From the human T2T-CHM13v2.0 reference genome, Homo sapiens: a stretch of 64,000 bases of DNA. Numbering within the stretch: position 1 is the first letter of the stretch; each line of letters begins with the position of its first letter. Positions 14,468 to 35,273 of the stretch are shown here, piece after piece. The notes below the pieces were generated by a model, which was given only the letters and a program-made list of their open reading frames with translations, made no database searches and was not told the DNA's origin. The position numbers and the translations under genes are program-made. Location of the stretch: NCBI RefSeq assembly GCF_009914755.1, contig NC_060936.1, one strand, 5' to 3'.

Positions 14468-15389
14468 TTAAAAAGATGATCCACTCAGAGGTCAAATACA
14501 AGATACATGCTGATGGGGACAAGTAATACCTCAGAGAGTTTTTGTGAGGATGAAATTAAACAAGTGTGATGATAGATACCATTGGTGCCTTTCTGAAATT
14601 CATGCTTTCTCACCCCTTCTTTCTTGAAGGCAGAGGGTCTATCTGCTTCCCGGCAGTCACAGATGCTCAAAGAGGGGGACCTCATTTTCCCATCTGGAAG
14701 AAATCCTGATTATTCTCAGCCATCTTGGTAATACAGTTCCTCTCACTACGATTGGCTTAGGGGTGGACATGTGAGCACATGCTGGTGAAAAACACGAGAG
14801 GGGGTGAGCTGGGGGAATTCTTGCAAAGGTTTCATTGCTGATAAAAATGGACCAAGGAAGAGATGCTTCCTGCATGTGTCCTGTTGGATGAGATGCCCAG
14901 ACAGAGGCAGCCACTGTGCCCTGCAGAAAATGCCAGAGCAGAGAGATGCAGAGAACCTGGCTCTTCAGGGATCCCCTTGACATTGAAACTGAGAGCCAGC
15001 TGGGCGCAGTGGCTCACGCAGGTAATCCCAGCGCTTTGGGAGGCCGAGGCGGAAGGATTGCTTGAGGCCAGTAGCTCAAGACCAACCTAGCCAACATAGT
15101 AAGACCCTGTCTGTATTTTTAAAATAAAAATATAAATAAATAAAATTTAAAAAGAAATTGAGAACGCCAGGCCCCGTGGCTCATGCATGTAATCCCAGCA
15201 CTTTGGGAGGCCAAGGTGGAAATATTGCTTGAGGCCAGTAGTTCAAGTCCAGTCTGGCCAATATAGTGAGACCCTGCCTCTATTTTAAAAATAAAAAGCC
15301 TGGGCACAGTGTCTCACACCTGTAATCTTAGCACTTTGGGAGGTCAAGGCAGGTGGATCACCCAAGGTCAGGAGTTCGAGACCAGTCTA

Positions 15390-15686
<297 letters not shown>

Positions 15687-16193
15687 CTAGGACTTTCAGC
15701 CAAAAGCAGTCTCAATGGCTACAGATATAAACCCGGCTGGCAAGTAGCCAGCAGCCACAATCAACAGTTTTATTGACTTTGTCCTTCAGTGAGTATTCAC
15801 GGAGTGCCCTCAGTGCACCAGGACTGGGCACTACAGCTCATGAAAAGGGGTTTCTTTCCTAGAGGTGCACTCCAGAGGCTGCAGACAGACACCAAAGCAA
15901 GTCCAGGAATAAGGCATCAAAACAGCTTCAGATAATGTTCAATACTGGCAAGAAACAAAACCCAGCGGTTTGAGAGAGAGCGAGGGAGGGTGTGGGCTCT
16001 CTGGAAAGGTGACATCTAACAGGGAACTGAATGAAGAGCCAACCATGGGAAGACCCAGAGAGAGCATTCCAGGCGGAGGGCACGGCACACGCAAAGGCCC
16101 TGAGGTAGGAGTGAACGTTGTGCGTCGGAGGAACTGAACCGTGGAATGTGAGAGCATCACAATCGTGGCAGCAGCTTTCAAGAAAGTATGTAA

Positions 16194-16589
<396 letters not shown>

Positions 16590-17645
16590 TAAGGGCTCTG
16601 CTATGTTGGAATCGGAGATGAGTTTTTGAGGTTCACTTTCTAACTCAAGAGAACCACCTGACCTCTCACCGTGCATGGGCCTGAAGAACACAGGCTCTTT
16701 TTTTTTTTTTTTTGAGACGGAGTCTCACTCTGTCACCAGGCTGGAGCGCAATGGCGCAATCTTGCTCACTGCAACCTCCACCCCCCGGGTTCAAGCGATT
16801 CTCCTGCCTCAGTCTCCCAAGTAGCTTGGATTACAGGCGCCCGCCACCATATCTGGCTAACTTTTGTATTATTAGTAGAGACGGGGTTTCACCATGTTGG
16901 CCAGGCTGGTCTCAAACACCTGACCTCGTGATCCGCCTACCTCGGCCACCCAAAATGCTGGGATTACAAGCATGAGCCACCATGCCCTGCCAAACACAGG
17001 CTTTTAAAATGAAAGCCGAAGTTTCATGCTTCAGCATAACCAAACAGCTCCATGTCCAGCTAGTCCCCATCTGTTTTGCCTGTTTTCCTACTGGACCAAC
17101 ATTTTCCTTCCTGCCCAGAAAACTGCAGCTCTTGCCACTGGCCCCTTGTCTCCAACACCCACCCGCTCTGCCCAGGGCCCACTGAGGCCCAGGGATACCG
17201 TCCACAGCATCAGAGAGGCCAGCTGCCATGGAGCGAGGCAGGAGGTGCCTCCCTGAAACCAGCGTGGGTACCAAGAACACTGGAGCTTAGGAGATGCCCT
17301 TACCCTTCAACGCAGAACCACAAAGCTGTCAGTTTCTTTCCTGAGGGGGAACTGTTCTTAGGCTGCAGGCCGAGGCGTCTGCCAGGGATGGCTGGAGCCC
17401 ACAGAGAAGCTGGTTCCAAAAATATTCTTTGGGCTGGGCGCAGTAGCTCACGCCTGTAATCCCAACACTGGGAGGCCGAGGCAGGAGGATTGCTTGAGCT
17501 CAGGAGTTCAAGACCAGCTTGGGCCACTTGGCGAAACCCCATCTCTACAAAATACAAAAATTAGCTAGGTGTGGTGGCAAACGCATCTGTAGTCCCAGCT
17601 ACTCCAGAGGCTGACTCAGGAGGATCGCTTGAGCCCCGGAGGTTA

Positions 17646-17927
<282 letters not shown>

Positions 17928-18868
17928 TCACTTGAACCCAGTGAGCCGAGATCACACCACTGCACTCCAGCCTGGGAGACAGAGCAAGACTCAGCCTCAA
18001 AAAAAAAAAAAAAAAAGACAAAACAAAAACAAAAACAAAAATATCCTTTGGAAAACAATGGGCAGAAATATCTTTCTGGACACATCTGGTGGTAGCTGAG
18101 GCTCCTGTTTGGGCAGGGATGGGCAGTGCCAAGGAGGACCACTGGATACACACTCACAGGGTCATTTGTCAAACTTCTTTTCAGAGCAAGGTTTTGCTCT
18201 GTCACCCAGGCTGGAGCGCAGTGGAGTGATCACAGCTCACTGCAGCCTCAAACTCCTGGGCTCAGGTGATCCTCCCTAGTAGCTGAGACAACAGGCACCC
18301 GCCACCACACCCAGCTCTGTCAGACTGTGCCGACTGAGCACTTCCTATGGGCAAGGGGGCACGTTAATCACCTTCTCATAAAGATCACACACCAGTGGGA
18401 CAAAGAGATTCTTCTCACACCAATGAGTCTGCCGTGACACCTGAGAAAAACGCTTTCAGGGAGAGGAATCCACCTCGGTGAGGGCGCATTCCAGGGGCAC
18501 AGAGTGGACCTTTTTCAAAGCGAGTGGGATTGTGTTACTTCCTGCTTGAACTCTGTTGGTTTCCTGTTGCATAAACTCCAGGTCCTCCCCGGGCCGCCCT
18601 CCTCTGCCTCCCTCTCCGCTCTCTGGGATGCAGCCACCCTGGCTTCCTTCAGGTTCTTCTTATGGGGTCAGCCTGTGCCCACCGCAGGACCTCAGCACAG
18701 GCTCTGAGCCCCGCTTCAAATGCTCCTCTTGTTTAAAAGGGCTCCACGGAGGCTTTTTTGAGGGGCAGCTCCAACATCACCTCCTCAAAGAGGCCTTCCT
18801 CAACCAGCCCATCTAAAGTAACCCTCTTCTCTGGCACAGTGGCTCACACCTGTAATCCCAGCACTTTA

Positions 18869-19210
<342 letters not shown>

Positions 19211-19715
19211 TCAAGGCTGCAGTGAACCACGATTGTACCACTGCACTCCAGTCTGGCCAACAGAGTGATACCCTGTCTCTAATTAACGAATGCTCTTTAT
19301 GTCGTCGTCCTGTTCTATATTCATCACACCCTGGCATCATCTGTCCTGATTTTTCACCACTTGTTTCCTCCATGTTTCTGTAGAGAAACACCACGAGGGT
19401 GCTGAATCCCCAGCACCAGCACAGGGCCCGGTGCATACAAGGGGCATGATGGTTTGTGGAATGAATGAATGAATGCATGAATGAGGGACCTAACCCCATT
19501 GGAGGAAGTCAGGAAAGGCTTGCTGAAGAAGTGGTATCTGAAGTGGCATTGACGGGTGAGAAGGAGTTGGGCTGTGCACCCCGACTTTGGCCAGTGATTA
19601 GAACTCCCTGGGGGCCAGCGCTGGTACCCCGCCCTCAGCGGTTTCCCAGGGTCTGGGTCGGGCACAGGGGTTGGTGTGTGTTGAAACTCCCTGTGTGATT
19701 CTCATATGCACACTA

Positions 19716-19955
<240 letters not shown>

Positions 19956-20288
19956 TTAGCCAGGCACGGTGGCAAGTGCTTCTAGCCCCAGCTACTCAGG
20001 TAACTGGGTAGAATTGTGTCCCTCCAAAAAATGATATGTCCAAGTCCTAGGCCCCTGGTCCCTGTGATTGCAGCCTTATTTGGAAATAGGGTCTTTGCAG
20101 ATGCAATTAAATCAACAGGAGGGCCTGCGGGATTCGGGCGGGGCCTAATCCAATAGGACAGGGGTCCTTATAAGAAGAGGGACATCGGGCCGGTGGAAGG
20201 ATCTCTTGAGCCTGGGAGGTCGAGGCTGCAGTGAGCCATGTTCACACCACTGCACTCCAGCCTGAGCAACAAAGCAAGAGCCTGTCTA

Positions 20289-20570
20289 AGAAAGAAAGAG
20301 GAAGGAAGGAAGGCAGATTCTGAGTCAAAGAAAGGAAAATTGATTCTGAGTGAAAGGAAGGGAGGGAGGGAGGAAGGAGGAAGGAAGGAAAGGAAGGAAG
20401 GAAGGAAGGAAAGAAAGAAAGAGAAAGGAAGGAAGGAAAGAAGAAAGAAAGAGAAAGGAAGGAAAGAAAGAAAAGAAAGAAAGAAAAAGAAAGAAAGAAA
20501 GAAAAAAGAAAGAAAGAAAGAGGGAAAGAAAAGGAAGGAAGGAAGCAAGGAAGGAAGGAAAGAAGGAAAG
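20289..20570. repeat. GA-rich (GGAA/GAAA)n expansion of an Alu tail
   Basis: Almost pure purine tract directly after an Alu 3' end. Confidence 0.93.
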
Positions 20571-21274
20571 CAGATTCTGAGTTCTCACCCCAGACCTGTG
20601 ACTCAGACACTGGGGAGTAAGGCCCAGGAATCTGCATTTTCACAAACCCTCCAGGGGCTTCTGACTCACTCTGGAGTGATGGGTGAAGTGGAATCTTCCA
20701 GAAGGACAAATGCTTTCAGCCATGTCTGGTGTCAGAGGCAGGAGCTCCCACACTTATGTGCTGCCTGGCTCCTCACCAAGACAGGTGCTAGACTATCTCT
20801 GAGACTATCTTTTCCCTTGAGGCAGCTGAGAGCTGGAGCAGCTTCAGATGCCTCCAGCTCCTGGGCCCTTGAACTTCAACTCGAACTTGGCTCTAAAGTG
20901 TCGCCCTCAGCAAGAGTCAACGCAATTGGGCCCTGGCTCCGTGAGTGGGTGGACAGGGGCCTTGCTCGCTCCTTCTTCCCCAGCCCTGCCCCATGGGGGA
21001 GAGAGAGAGGTCGTCAGGTGAGACGGAGTTTGTTTCAGCAATGTGTTTATGAGTCCCAAGAACTTAGGATAAAGTTTCTGAAATACTAGCCTGAGGATGT
21101 CCCTCTTTGAGAAAAAGGGAAAAAGGACACCGCGGTTACCCCAGCTTTGTTATTCATGTAACAACGGCAGGGCATTTGAGTTCTTTCTGTTTTCATCCTA
21201 CTTCCACTCCCACATCTAATCACTAACATTTCTCTTGTTTTGCTGTTTGTTGCTTCCTTTCATTCTCCCCATCT

Positions 21275-22060
<786 letters not shown>

Positions 22061-22084
22061 ACCCTCTCCACCCTCTTCCTTTAG

Positions 22085-22275
22085 CCCAGCGAGCATTCTT
22101 GCGCTTGAGCAAACAGCAGAACCACCTGGAGGTTTAGTGAAACCCAGATGGCTGGCCCCGCCCCTGGAGTGCCTGATTCAGTAGGTCTGGGTGGGCCTGA
22201 TAACTGCATTTTCAGCAAGTTTCCTGAACACGCTGGTGCTGCTGGTCTGGGGACCACACTTTGAGAACTGCTGAT
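22085..22275. mobile_element. MER5A-like hAT MITE
   Basis: gattcagtaggtctgggtggg...ctgcatttt...ggggaccacactttgagaactgctg. Confidence 0.7.
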
Positions 22276-23499
22276 CCAGATCACACCATCTCCTGCCTGG
22301 ATGACAGCTCCAATCCCCTAACTGGCCGGAACCCTCTCCCCTCCTCCCTTCCCCCTCCACCGGCAGGCAGGCTGAGCTTCCTAAAACACCTAGGAAATTG
22401 TCATTCCCCAGTGTAGAATCTCCAGGGGCCTCTCACGGTCTGCAGGACAAAGTCCAAACACCTTCGCAGGCCACTGCAATTGCCTGGTCTCAGCTGAGGT
22501 GCTCAACACAGACTCCCCACCCACCCCCAGGCACAGGAAGGAAGGGAGAAAGAGATGCTTTCAAGAATTGTTTTTGTTTTATCAAATAATTGTGAATAGA
22601 CATAGTGTTAGTTTGCTAGGGTTGCCATGCAAAGCACCACAAACCGGGCCGCTTAAAGCAACAGAAAGCTGGGCGCAGTGGCTCATACCTGCAATCCCAG
22701 GTCTTGGGGAGGCCGAGGCAGAAGGATCACTTGAGTCCAGGAGTTCGAGAGCAGCCTGGGCAACATGGCGAAACCTTGTCTCTACAAAAAAATACAAAAA
22801 TTACCTGGGTGTGGTGGTGCCTGGCTGTACTCCCAGCTACTTGGGAGGCTGAGGTGGGAGGATTATCTGAACCCAGGGAAGTTGAGGCTGCAGTGAGCCG
22901 AGATTGTGCCAGTGCATTCCAGCCTGGGTGACAGAGTGAGACCCTATCTCAAAAAAATACAAATATATGAATAAACAGAAAGTTTACTCTCTGGAAGTTC
23001 TGGAGGCTGGAAGTCTGAGATGGGGATGTCTGCAGGGCCACACTCCCTCTGAAGGCTCCGAGGCTCCTTCCTCACCTCTTCCAGCTTCCAAGGGGCTGGC
23101 TGGCAATCCTTGGAGCTCCTTGGCTTACAGATGCCTCTGCAGTCATGGGGCCATCATGACACCATCTTTCCCTGTACATCTGTGTTGACAAGATGGCTCT
23201 GCTCTTACAAGGACACCAGTACTGTTGGATTAGGGGCCCAACCTACTCCAGCAGGATGTCACCTTAACTCATCTGCAATGACCCTACTTCCAAATGAAGT
23301 CACATTCTGAGGCGTCAGAGGATGGGGCTTCAGCATATCTTTTTGGGGAACACAATTCAACCCATGACAGATTTTATTTTTCTTTTGAGACAGGGTCTGG
23401 CTCTGTCACCCAGGCTGGAGTGCGGTGGCACAATCGCAGCTGACTGCAGCCTTGACCTCCTGGGCTCCAGCAATCCTCCCGCCTCAGCCTCCCGAGTAG

Positions 23500-23665
<166 letters not shown>

Positions 23666-23704
23666 TAGCTGGGATTACAGGTACACACCACTACACCCAG
23701 CTAA

Positions 23705-23989
<285 letters not shown>

Positions 23990-24952
23990 TGATCATAATA
24001 ATAGCTGATATTCATTAAGACTGAACTTCATGCACGGCAGTGTTCTAACTGTTTTACATTTTAGCTCATTGAATCCCACATTCACCTCTGGAGTCAAAAC
24101 CAATATTATGTCTACTTTTCAGATGAGGAAACTGAGGCATAGAGAAATAAAGTAACTTGTTCAAGGTCACACAGGGACACAGCGGGGGAGTAACCAGGCC
24201 CGAATTTGAACCTGAGTTGTCAGATGCTGGAGTCTGAGCTTCACAAAATCCAAGTGAAACAGAAAGAACAGAAAGGTCTATTAGATGAAAACAAGGCCCT
24301 CCCTCACCCCCGACACCTGTACTCCTCTTGCAAAGTTTGGAAAACATTTGGTAATTAATGTTCTGCAAAAGCAAAGAGTAGAGAGTACAAGATCATCAAA
24401 GCACTGTCAGACCGTCAGACTGGCTTTTACCCACCTCACTGCGCAGTGGGAGGGTTATTTTGAATTCCAGCGGAGCAGCGGGGGCCCTTCCTTATCTTCG
24501 GGGGATAAGCTCCAGGATCCCTAGCGGATGCCTGAGACCTGAGATAGCACTGAACCCGGTATAGACTGTTTTTCCCCATGATAAAATTTAATTTATAATT
24601 CAGGCACAGTCAGAGATTAACAACAATAACTAGTAATAAAATAGGCCATGCGCAGTAGCTCACGCCTGTAATCCCAACACTTTGGGAGGCCAAGGCAGGC
24701 AGATCACTTGAGGCCAGGAGTTCAACATCAGCCTGGCCAACATAGCAAAACCCTGTCTCTACTAAAAATACAAAAATTAGCTGGGTTTAGTGACACATGT
24801 ACTCGGGAATAGCTTGAACCCAGGAGGCAGAGATTACAGTGAGCTGAGATCATGCCACTGCACTCCAGCCTGGGCAACAGAGCGAGACTCTGTCTCAAAA
24901 TAAATAAATAAATAAAACCAAGTAAAAAATTGAAATATATATATATATAGTA

Positions 24953-25108
<156 letters not shown>

Positions 25109-25111
25109 TAG

Positions 25112-25451
<340 letters not shown>

Positions 25452-26118
25452 TAAAAAATTTTTGTTGAGATGGGATTTTGCTGTGTTTACCAGGCTGGCC
25501 TTGAATTCCTGGCCTGAAGCAATCCTCCCACCTCAGCCTGCCAAAGTGCTGGGATTACTGGCAGGAGCCACAGTGCCTGGCCCCCTCGTTATTTTTTATT
25601 TCTAGAATTTTCCTGGCAATTTTCCTTCATTCACATCCTTTGATGAACTTTGGCACCATTTTCTCAAATCTCCCAAAATTTTGTGTTAGTATTTTAACTG
25701 GGATTGTATGGATTTCTAGTTAAATTTAGCAAGCTCTTGGCATCTTTCCAAAGCTGATTCTTCCTCTCAAAGAACAAAGATTGTCTTCCCATGAATGCAA
25801 GTCTCTTTTTATATTACAACAATAGTAGAATTTTTTTAAAGCTTTTTATGTTTGTATCCTCCACATTTCTTGGGAAGTTTGCTGTTAAATATTTCATCAG
25901 TACAGTTGCTATTGTAAACAAGACCTTTTCTTTCATTAGAAGTAAAGTGGCTGGGCGTGCTGGCTCACGCCTGTAATCCTAGCATTTTGGGAGGCCGAGG
26001 TGAGCAGATCACGAGGTCAAGAGATCGAGACCATCCTGGCCAACGTGGCGAAACCCCGTCTCTACTAAAAATACAAAAATTAGCCGGGTGTGGTGGTGCA
26101 CACCTGTAATCCCAGCTA

Positions 26119-26337
<219 letters not shown>

Positions 26338-26754
26338 TCAAGAGATCAAGGTTGTAGTGAGTCGACGTCGCACTCCACTCCAAGCACCACTGCACTCCAG
26401 CCTGGCGACACAGCGAGATTCCATCTCAAATAAATAAATAAATAAAGTTAGATTTATAAAGTCGGGTCCAAAGATTGATTCCACAGATTTGGGATGAGCC
26501 CCTGAGAAAGCTGCATTTTCAACTAATCCATGCCCCAGCCAATCCTAAGGCAAGCTAATGTCCAAGAACCATTCTCACTGCCTACTACTGTCTGGCAGGG
26601 GCTGGGATATCATGGGAGACAAAAAGGCACAGTTCCTATTCTCAAAGAACTTCTATTTCAGTGCAAACCACTGTTTAAAAAAGTAAAAATCGGCCGGGCA
26701 TGGTGGCTCATGCCTGTAATCCCAGCACTTCAAGAGGCCAAGGCGGGCAAATCA

Positions 26755-27018
<264 letters not shown>

Positions 27019-28389
27019 TTAGGGTATACGTTAAGCTGCTAAGAGACCTCAAAATACAGTGACTCTAACAAATTAGAAACGTATTCCTCTCTCCCTTAAC
27101 ATCGCAGAGATGGCTGCTAGTCCAAGAAGGCAGGAGATTCGGCTCCACGTGGTCACCCAGGGACCCAGGGACCCCACCTCCTGCTGCTCCACCATCCCCA
27201 GGGACAGAGCTGGCTTCTCGAACCCTGTCCACGTTCCAGCTCAAAGGGAGTGGGAAATAGAGGTGGACAACCAGCTTCCCTTCTAACCATCTGGCCTGGA
27301 AGTGTTCCCGTCACATCATCCACCTGTATCTTATAGGCGAGAACATAGTCTCGAGGTCACACCTAGCTTCAGTGGAAGCTGGAAAACATCACCTCTGGCT
27401 GGGTGACATATGCCCATCTGGAATTTTAGGGACTCTAAAACTAAAAAGAAAAGAGGAATGTGGGCCGGGCATGACGCCTGTAATCCCAGCACTTTGGGAG
27501 GCCGAGGCGGGTGGATCACAAGGTCAGGAGTTCGAGACGAGCCTGGCCAAGATGGTGAAACCCCGTCTCTACTAAAAATACAAAAATTAGCTGGGCATGG
27601 TGGCAGGCGCCTGTAATCCCAGCTACTCGGGAGGCTGAGGCAGAGAATTGCTTGAACCCGGGAGGCGGAGGTTGCAGTGAGCCGAGATTGCGCCGCTGCA
27701 CTCTAGCCTGGTCTACAGAGCGAGACTCTGTCTCAAAAAGAAAAAAGAAAAGAAAAGAGGAATATGGTAATTGGGGAGCAATTAAAAAATCTCCCCCACA
27801 CTGTCCCACCTTCAGCCTCACCCTCATCAATAACTGGCACACTGTAGACACAAATTGCAGATGGAAAAATTTTATGATGGGCAGCAGTTCTGGATTCTTC
27901 CTGTGGTCTCCTTTCCATGTTCTTTGGAATTTCTGAAAAATAAAGAACTGAAATTAGAGTTTTTCCCAGCATCGAGCTGACAAGAGGAACTGCATTCTTA
28001 TTAAGTGGAACAAAACAAGAACTCTTGTATTCCCACAGAACAGACGTTGATGCTGTTCAGAGAAAATGGCTTTCTCCTTTAAAAAATAACCTCTTTGGGG
28101 CCAGGTTATGGTGGTGCATGCCTGTAATCCCAGCATTTTGGGAGGTCGAGGCGGGAGGATCACTTGAGCCCAGGAGTTTGAGACCAGCCTGGGCAACACA
28201 GTGAGACCCCTTCTCTACAAAAAATACAAAATACAAAAATAAGCCGGGTGTGGTGATGCATGCCTGTAGTCCCAGCTACTCAGGAGGCTGAGGTGGGAGG
28301 ATCACTTGAGCCCAGGAGGTAGAGGTTGCAGCGAGCTATGATCACACCACTGCAATCCAGCCTGGGCGACAGAGCAAGACCCTCTATCA

Positions 28390-28736
<347 letters not shown>

Positions 28737-28903
28737 TCAAGACAGAGCCTTCATAAACCTTCATGAAAGGAGGGCCAAGAAGCGTGGCTGGGCTCTTTCC
28801 TGGCATGCGGGCTGTGATCCTCCCAGCAGTCTTTAGGAATTATCCACTCCAACTCCCTTGTCTAACCAATGGGGATACTGAGGCTCCGAGAGACCACTCA
28901 TAG

Positions 28904-29336
<433 letters not shown>

Positions 29337-29424
29337 TAGCCAGGATGTTCTCAATCTCCTGACCTCGTGATCCGCTCTCTCCCTCTTTTTTTATTTTTAT
29401 TTTTATTTTATTTTTATTTTTTGA

Positions 29425-29532
<108 letters not shown>

Positions 29533-29990
29533 TAGCTGAGACTACAGGCGTATGCCACCACGCCCAGCCAATTTTTTGTATTTTTAGTAGGGACGGGGGT
29601 TTCACTATGTTGGCCAGGCTGGTCTCCAACTCCTGACCTCGTGATCCACCCGCCTTAGCCTCCCAAAATGCTGAGATTACAGGCGTAAGCCACCGTGCCC
29701 GGCCCTCTCTCCCTCTCTTGAGATAGGGTCTGGCTCTGTCGCACAGGCTGGAGTGCAGTGGTGTGATCTTGGGTGTCAATGCAACTTCTGCCTCCCGGGT
29801 TCAAGAGATCCTCCCACCTCAGCCTCCCAGGTAGCTGGGACCACAGGTGTTTGCTACCACACCCGGCTTATTTTTTAAAAATTTTTTATAGAGACAGGGT
29901 CTTGCCATGTTGCCCAGGCTAGATTCAAACTCCTGGACTCAAGTGATCCTCCTGCTTCAGCCTCCCCAAGTATTGGGATTACAGGCATTA

Positions 29991-30323
<333 letters not shown>

Positions 30324-30737
30324 TTAAGATTTCTCCATAAAAAGGCAGAGCCTACTATGCATCAAAGGACACAATCAACAGAGTTCCTTCCACACAATGG
30401 GAGAAATTATTTGCAAATCATGTATCTAACAAAGGATGAATATGGTAAAACTCATCAACAAATAACCCAGTTTTTAAAATGGGCAAAAAGTTTATTGTGA
30501 TGGCTCATGCCTACAATCCCAGCTCTTTGGGAGGCCAAGGTAGACATAGCACTTGATATGAGTTCAAGACCAGACTGGGCAACATAGCAAGAATCCATCT
30601 TTCCAAAAAATGAAAAAATTAGCCAGATGTGGTGGTGAGTGCTATAGTCCCAGCTACAGGCTGAGGCAGGAAGATCGCTTGAGCCCGGGAGACTGAAGCT
30701 GCAATGAGCCGTGAGCACACCACTGCACCCCAGCCTA

Positions 30738-30899
<162 letters not shown>

Positions 30900-31044
30900 C
30901 TATAAAAATACAAAGAAAATTAGCTGGGTGTGGTGGCGTGTGCCTGTGGTCCCAGCTACCCAGGAGGCTGAGGTGGAAGTTGCAGTGAGCCAATATCACA
31001 CCACTGCACTCTAGCCTGGGCAACAGAGCGAGACCTTGACTCAC

Positions 31045-31075
<31 letters not shown>

Positions 31076-31216
31076 AGAAAAAGCAGGAAGGGGCAAAAGA
31101 CTTGAACAGTCATTTCTACAAAGATGATATACAAATGGCCAATAAGCAAATGAAAAGATGAACGTCACTCATAACCAGAAAAATGCAAATTGAAACCACA
31201 GTGAGATATCACCTCA

Positions 31217-31578
<362 letters not shown>

Positions 31579-31612
31579 TTAAAAAGTGGCCGAGTGCAAT
31601 GGCTCACACCTA

Positions 31613-31885
<273 letters not shown>

Positions 31886-33204
31886 TTAAAAAGTGGCATT
31901 TACTACATTCACGGTGTTGTATAACCACCACCTCTACCTAGTTCCAGATATTTTTATCACCCCAAAATAAAACCCTGTACCCATTAAACACTCCCTCCTC
32001 ACTCCCCCTCCTCCAGCCTCTGGCAGCCACTCATCTGCTTTCTGTCTCTGTGCATCTGCCTGTTATGGATATTTCCCATAAAAGGAGTCATACAATATGT
32101 GGCCTTTTTGTCTCTTGTATTTAAAAAAATCAACTATTGTTGACATTTGAAAACTTGTTTATGTTCCTACCTAAATACCATTCCTATTACTCCATCTTGA
32201 GAACTAATTAAGAATTGTTTGAAGTTAGGAAGGATCCTTTGGGAAGATAAGACTCAAAACTGTAACAGAAACAGCTCACCAAGATAGCAAAAAAATTATT
32301 ATCCATTCATTATTTAGTCTACACGTATTTATTGAGCACCTACTATTGTCAAGCCCTGTTCTGGGCACCGGGATACAGCAGTGAGACAGACGAGGCCCCT
32401 GCTCATGGAGAATGCTGGAGACTTAAGTAAATACCAGGGAGCCAAAAGTGCTAAGTAAAGAAGTAAAACAGATGGGATCAGGCAGGACCGGATGGCAACC
32501 TTAGGTTGGGAGGTCAGGGAAGGCCTCTCTGAGTTAAACTAACCTGGAAATGACAAATTAGGCCTGCCACTCAAAGCTGGGAAAAGATTTGCAGGCAGAG
32601 GGAACAGTACGTGAAAATGTCAACAGCCCAGGAGACTGAGGCTGCACATCCTTTAACTGGTGGTCAAGGGAAGGGGAGAGAGGGAATGGTGCCCTCAGGG
32701 AGGGCAGCAGTGTTTTCTGTAGCCACGACGCCAACAGCAGAGGGAAGCGACCTCTCCCTTGCTGTGGGTAAGGCTGGGAATTGGCAACATGTTTCTGAAG
32801 GACAGATTGGCAACAGAGTCAGAAAGTTTTAAAATTTGCAAACTGCTGGGTGTGGTGGCTCACGCCTGTAATCCCAACACTTTGGGAGGCTGATGTGTGG
32901 GTGAATTGCTTGAGTCCAGGAGTTTGAAACCAGCCTGGGCAACATGGTGAGACCCTCATCTCTACAAAATATTTAAAAATTAGCCAGGTGTGATGGTGTG
33001 TGCTTGTGGTCCCAGCCACTGGGGAGGCTGAGGCTGGAGAGTCACTCGAGCCCACGGAGGCTGAGGCTGCAGTGAGCCGAGATGACGCCACTGCACTCCA
33101 GCCTGGGCGACAGAGTGAGACTCCGTCCCCCCCCCAAAAAAAAAAAGAAAAGAGCGGCTTAGACTCTGCCTGGGATGGGGCCTGGGTTGGTCAAGGAGCT
33201 TTCT

Positions 33205-33672
33205 GTTAGCTGCTGTAACAAATCATGAACATAGTGACTTAAAACAACACAAATTGATTATCTTCTCATTATCTTTCATTTCTGGAGGTCAGAAGCCCAA
33301 AACGGTTTCACCTGGCTAAAGTCAAGGAGTCTGCAGGGCTGCATCCCTTCTGGAAGCTCTAGGGGACAATCCGTTTCCTCACCTTTTTCAGCTTCTAGAG
33401 GTCGCCTGCACTCCTTGGCTCACGGCCCCCTCCTCCACCCGCAAAGCTCATCACTCCAGCCGCTGCCCCTGTGTCCACGTCACCTTCTTCCCCAAGACTG
33501 ACTCCTGTGTCCCTCTCATAAGGACCCTTGTGGTTACATCAACCCACCAGATAAGCCCCAGATCATCTCCCCATCTCGGCACTTTTAATTTAATTCCAAA
33601 GTAACACAGTCACAGGTCCCAGAAAATTAGGATGCAGACATCTTTGGAGGAGCCATTGTTCAGCCTACCACA
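33205..33672 (-). mobile_element. MLT1-type MaLR LTR (reverse orientation)
   Basis: gctgctgtaacaaat...gacttaaaacaacacaaat...ttctggaggtcagaag...ccattgttcagcctaccaca. A related element, Alu-interrupted, lies at ~22605-23365. Confidence 0.7.
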
Positions 33673-35006
33673 GAGGGCCTCTTTGATGGGTAAAATCTGA
33701 ATCAAAACCAAATGATTGAGAAAAAGTCACCCATGAGAGCAGAGCATTCTGGGTAGGGGTGGGCAGCAAGTGCAAAGGGCCTGTGGCAGGAGCTGGTTCG
33801 GCAGTTGGAGCACAGACCGTGAGACAGAGAGTGGCACCAGGGACGGGCCCAGGGCAGCTGGACCTTGTGGTCTGCAGCGAGGTATCATCCTTCCTTCTGC
33901 TCTGGCTGGGATGAGGATGATGAAAAACAAACTCAGGTTCATGTAGGAGACAGAGACGGTGTGGGACGAACAACAGATAGGACAATCTTGGAGTCTCTCC
34001 AAGGAACTGACTTTGACCTCAGACCTGAGTGGTCAGGGGGGCAAGGATCGGGAGGCCCTGGTCCTGTAGGGCCTTGTAGCCTTCGCAGAGGAAGTTGCAT
34101 TTTTTGTGTATGCATTGGGAAGAAGCAGTTGATGGGGTTTAAGCAGGGATGGGGCAGGAGTCGTGTACCAGTTTTAAGGCAATCCCTGGCTGCTTTGCAG
34201 AGAGATTCAAGGATGAGCTGAAAGTCTCTATATTGAGAAGTTTTGCTCATCATAATCCGAAAGGAAGGGGAAGAAAACAGTTTGGCAGTTCACCAACAAG
34301 TTAAACATACAGGGAGTCTCTCTGAACCTATTCTGGTTCAGGGTCTGCTTGATTGAAACAAAAAAACGAAAAGAAAAAGAATCAAGTTATACATAGCATC
34401 ACTATATGACCCAGGAATTCCACTCCTAGGCATACATCCAAGAGAACTGAAGACAGGCACTCAAACAAACACCTGTTTATGCATGTTCATAGCAGCAGTA
34501 TTCATAACAGCAAAAAGCAAAAATACACATCACATAATACTCATTCACTTTTAACCATTTAAAAAACTATTTGGGAGACAACTCAAATACCCATCAATGG
34601 ATGACAAAATGTGGCCTGTCCATACCATGGAATATGATTCAGCCATAAAAAGAAATGAAATATTGGCTGGCCATGGTGGCTTATACCTCTAATCTCAGCA
34701 CTTTGGGAGTCTGAGGCAGGAGGATCACTTGAGGTCAAGAGTTAGAGACCAGCCTGGCCAACATAGAGAGACCCCATCTCAAAAAAAAAAAATTTTTTTT
34801 AACACTGATACATACTACACCATGGATGAACCTCGAAAACCTGATGCTAAGTGAGAGAAGTCAGGGCCAGGCACAATGGCTCACACCTGTAATCCCAGCA
34901 CTTTGGGAGGCTGAGGTGGGCAGATCACCTGAGGTCAGGAGTTCAAGACCATCCTGGCCAACATGGCAAAACCCCGTCTCTACTAAAAGTACAAACAAAT
35001 TAACTA

Positions 35007-35273
<267 letters not shown>

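Noticed and set aside
20238-21089. 283-aa Lys/Glu/Arg-rich ORF
   Set aside because: Starts in an Alu and reads through a GA-rich simple repeat that cannot contain stops.
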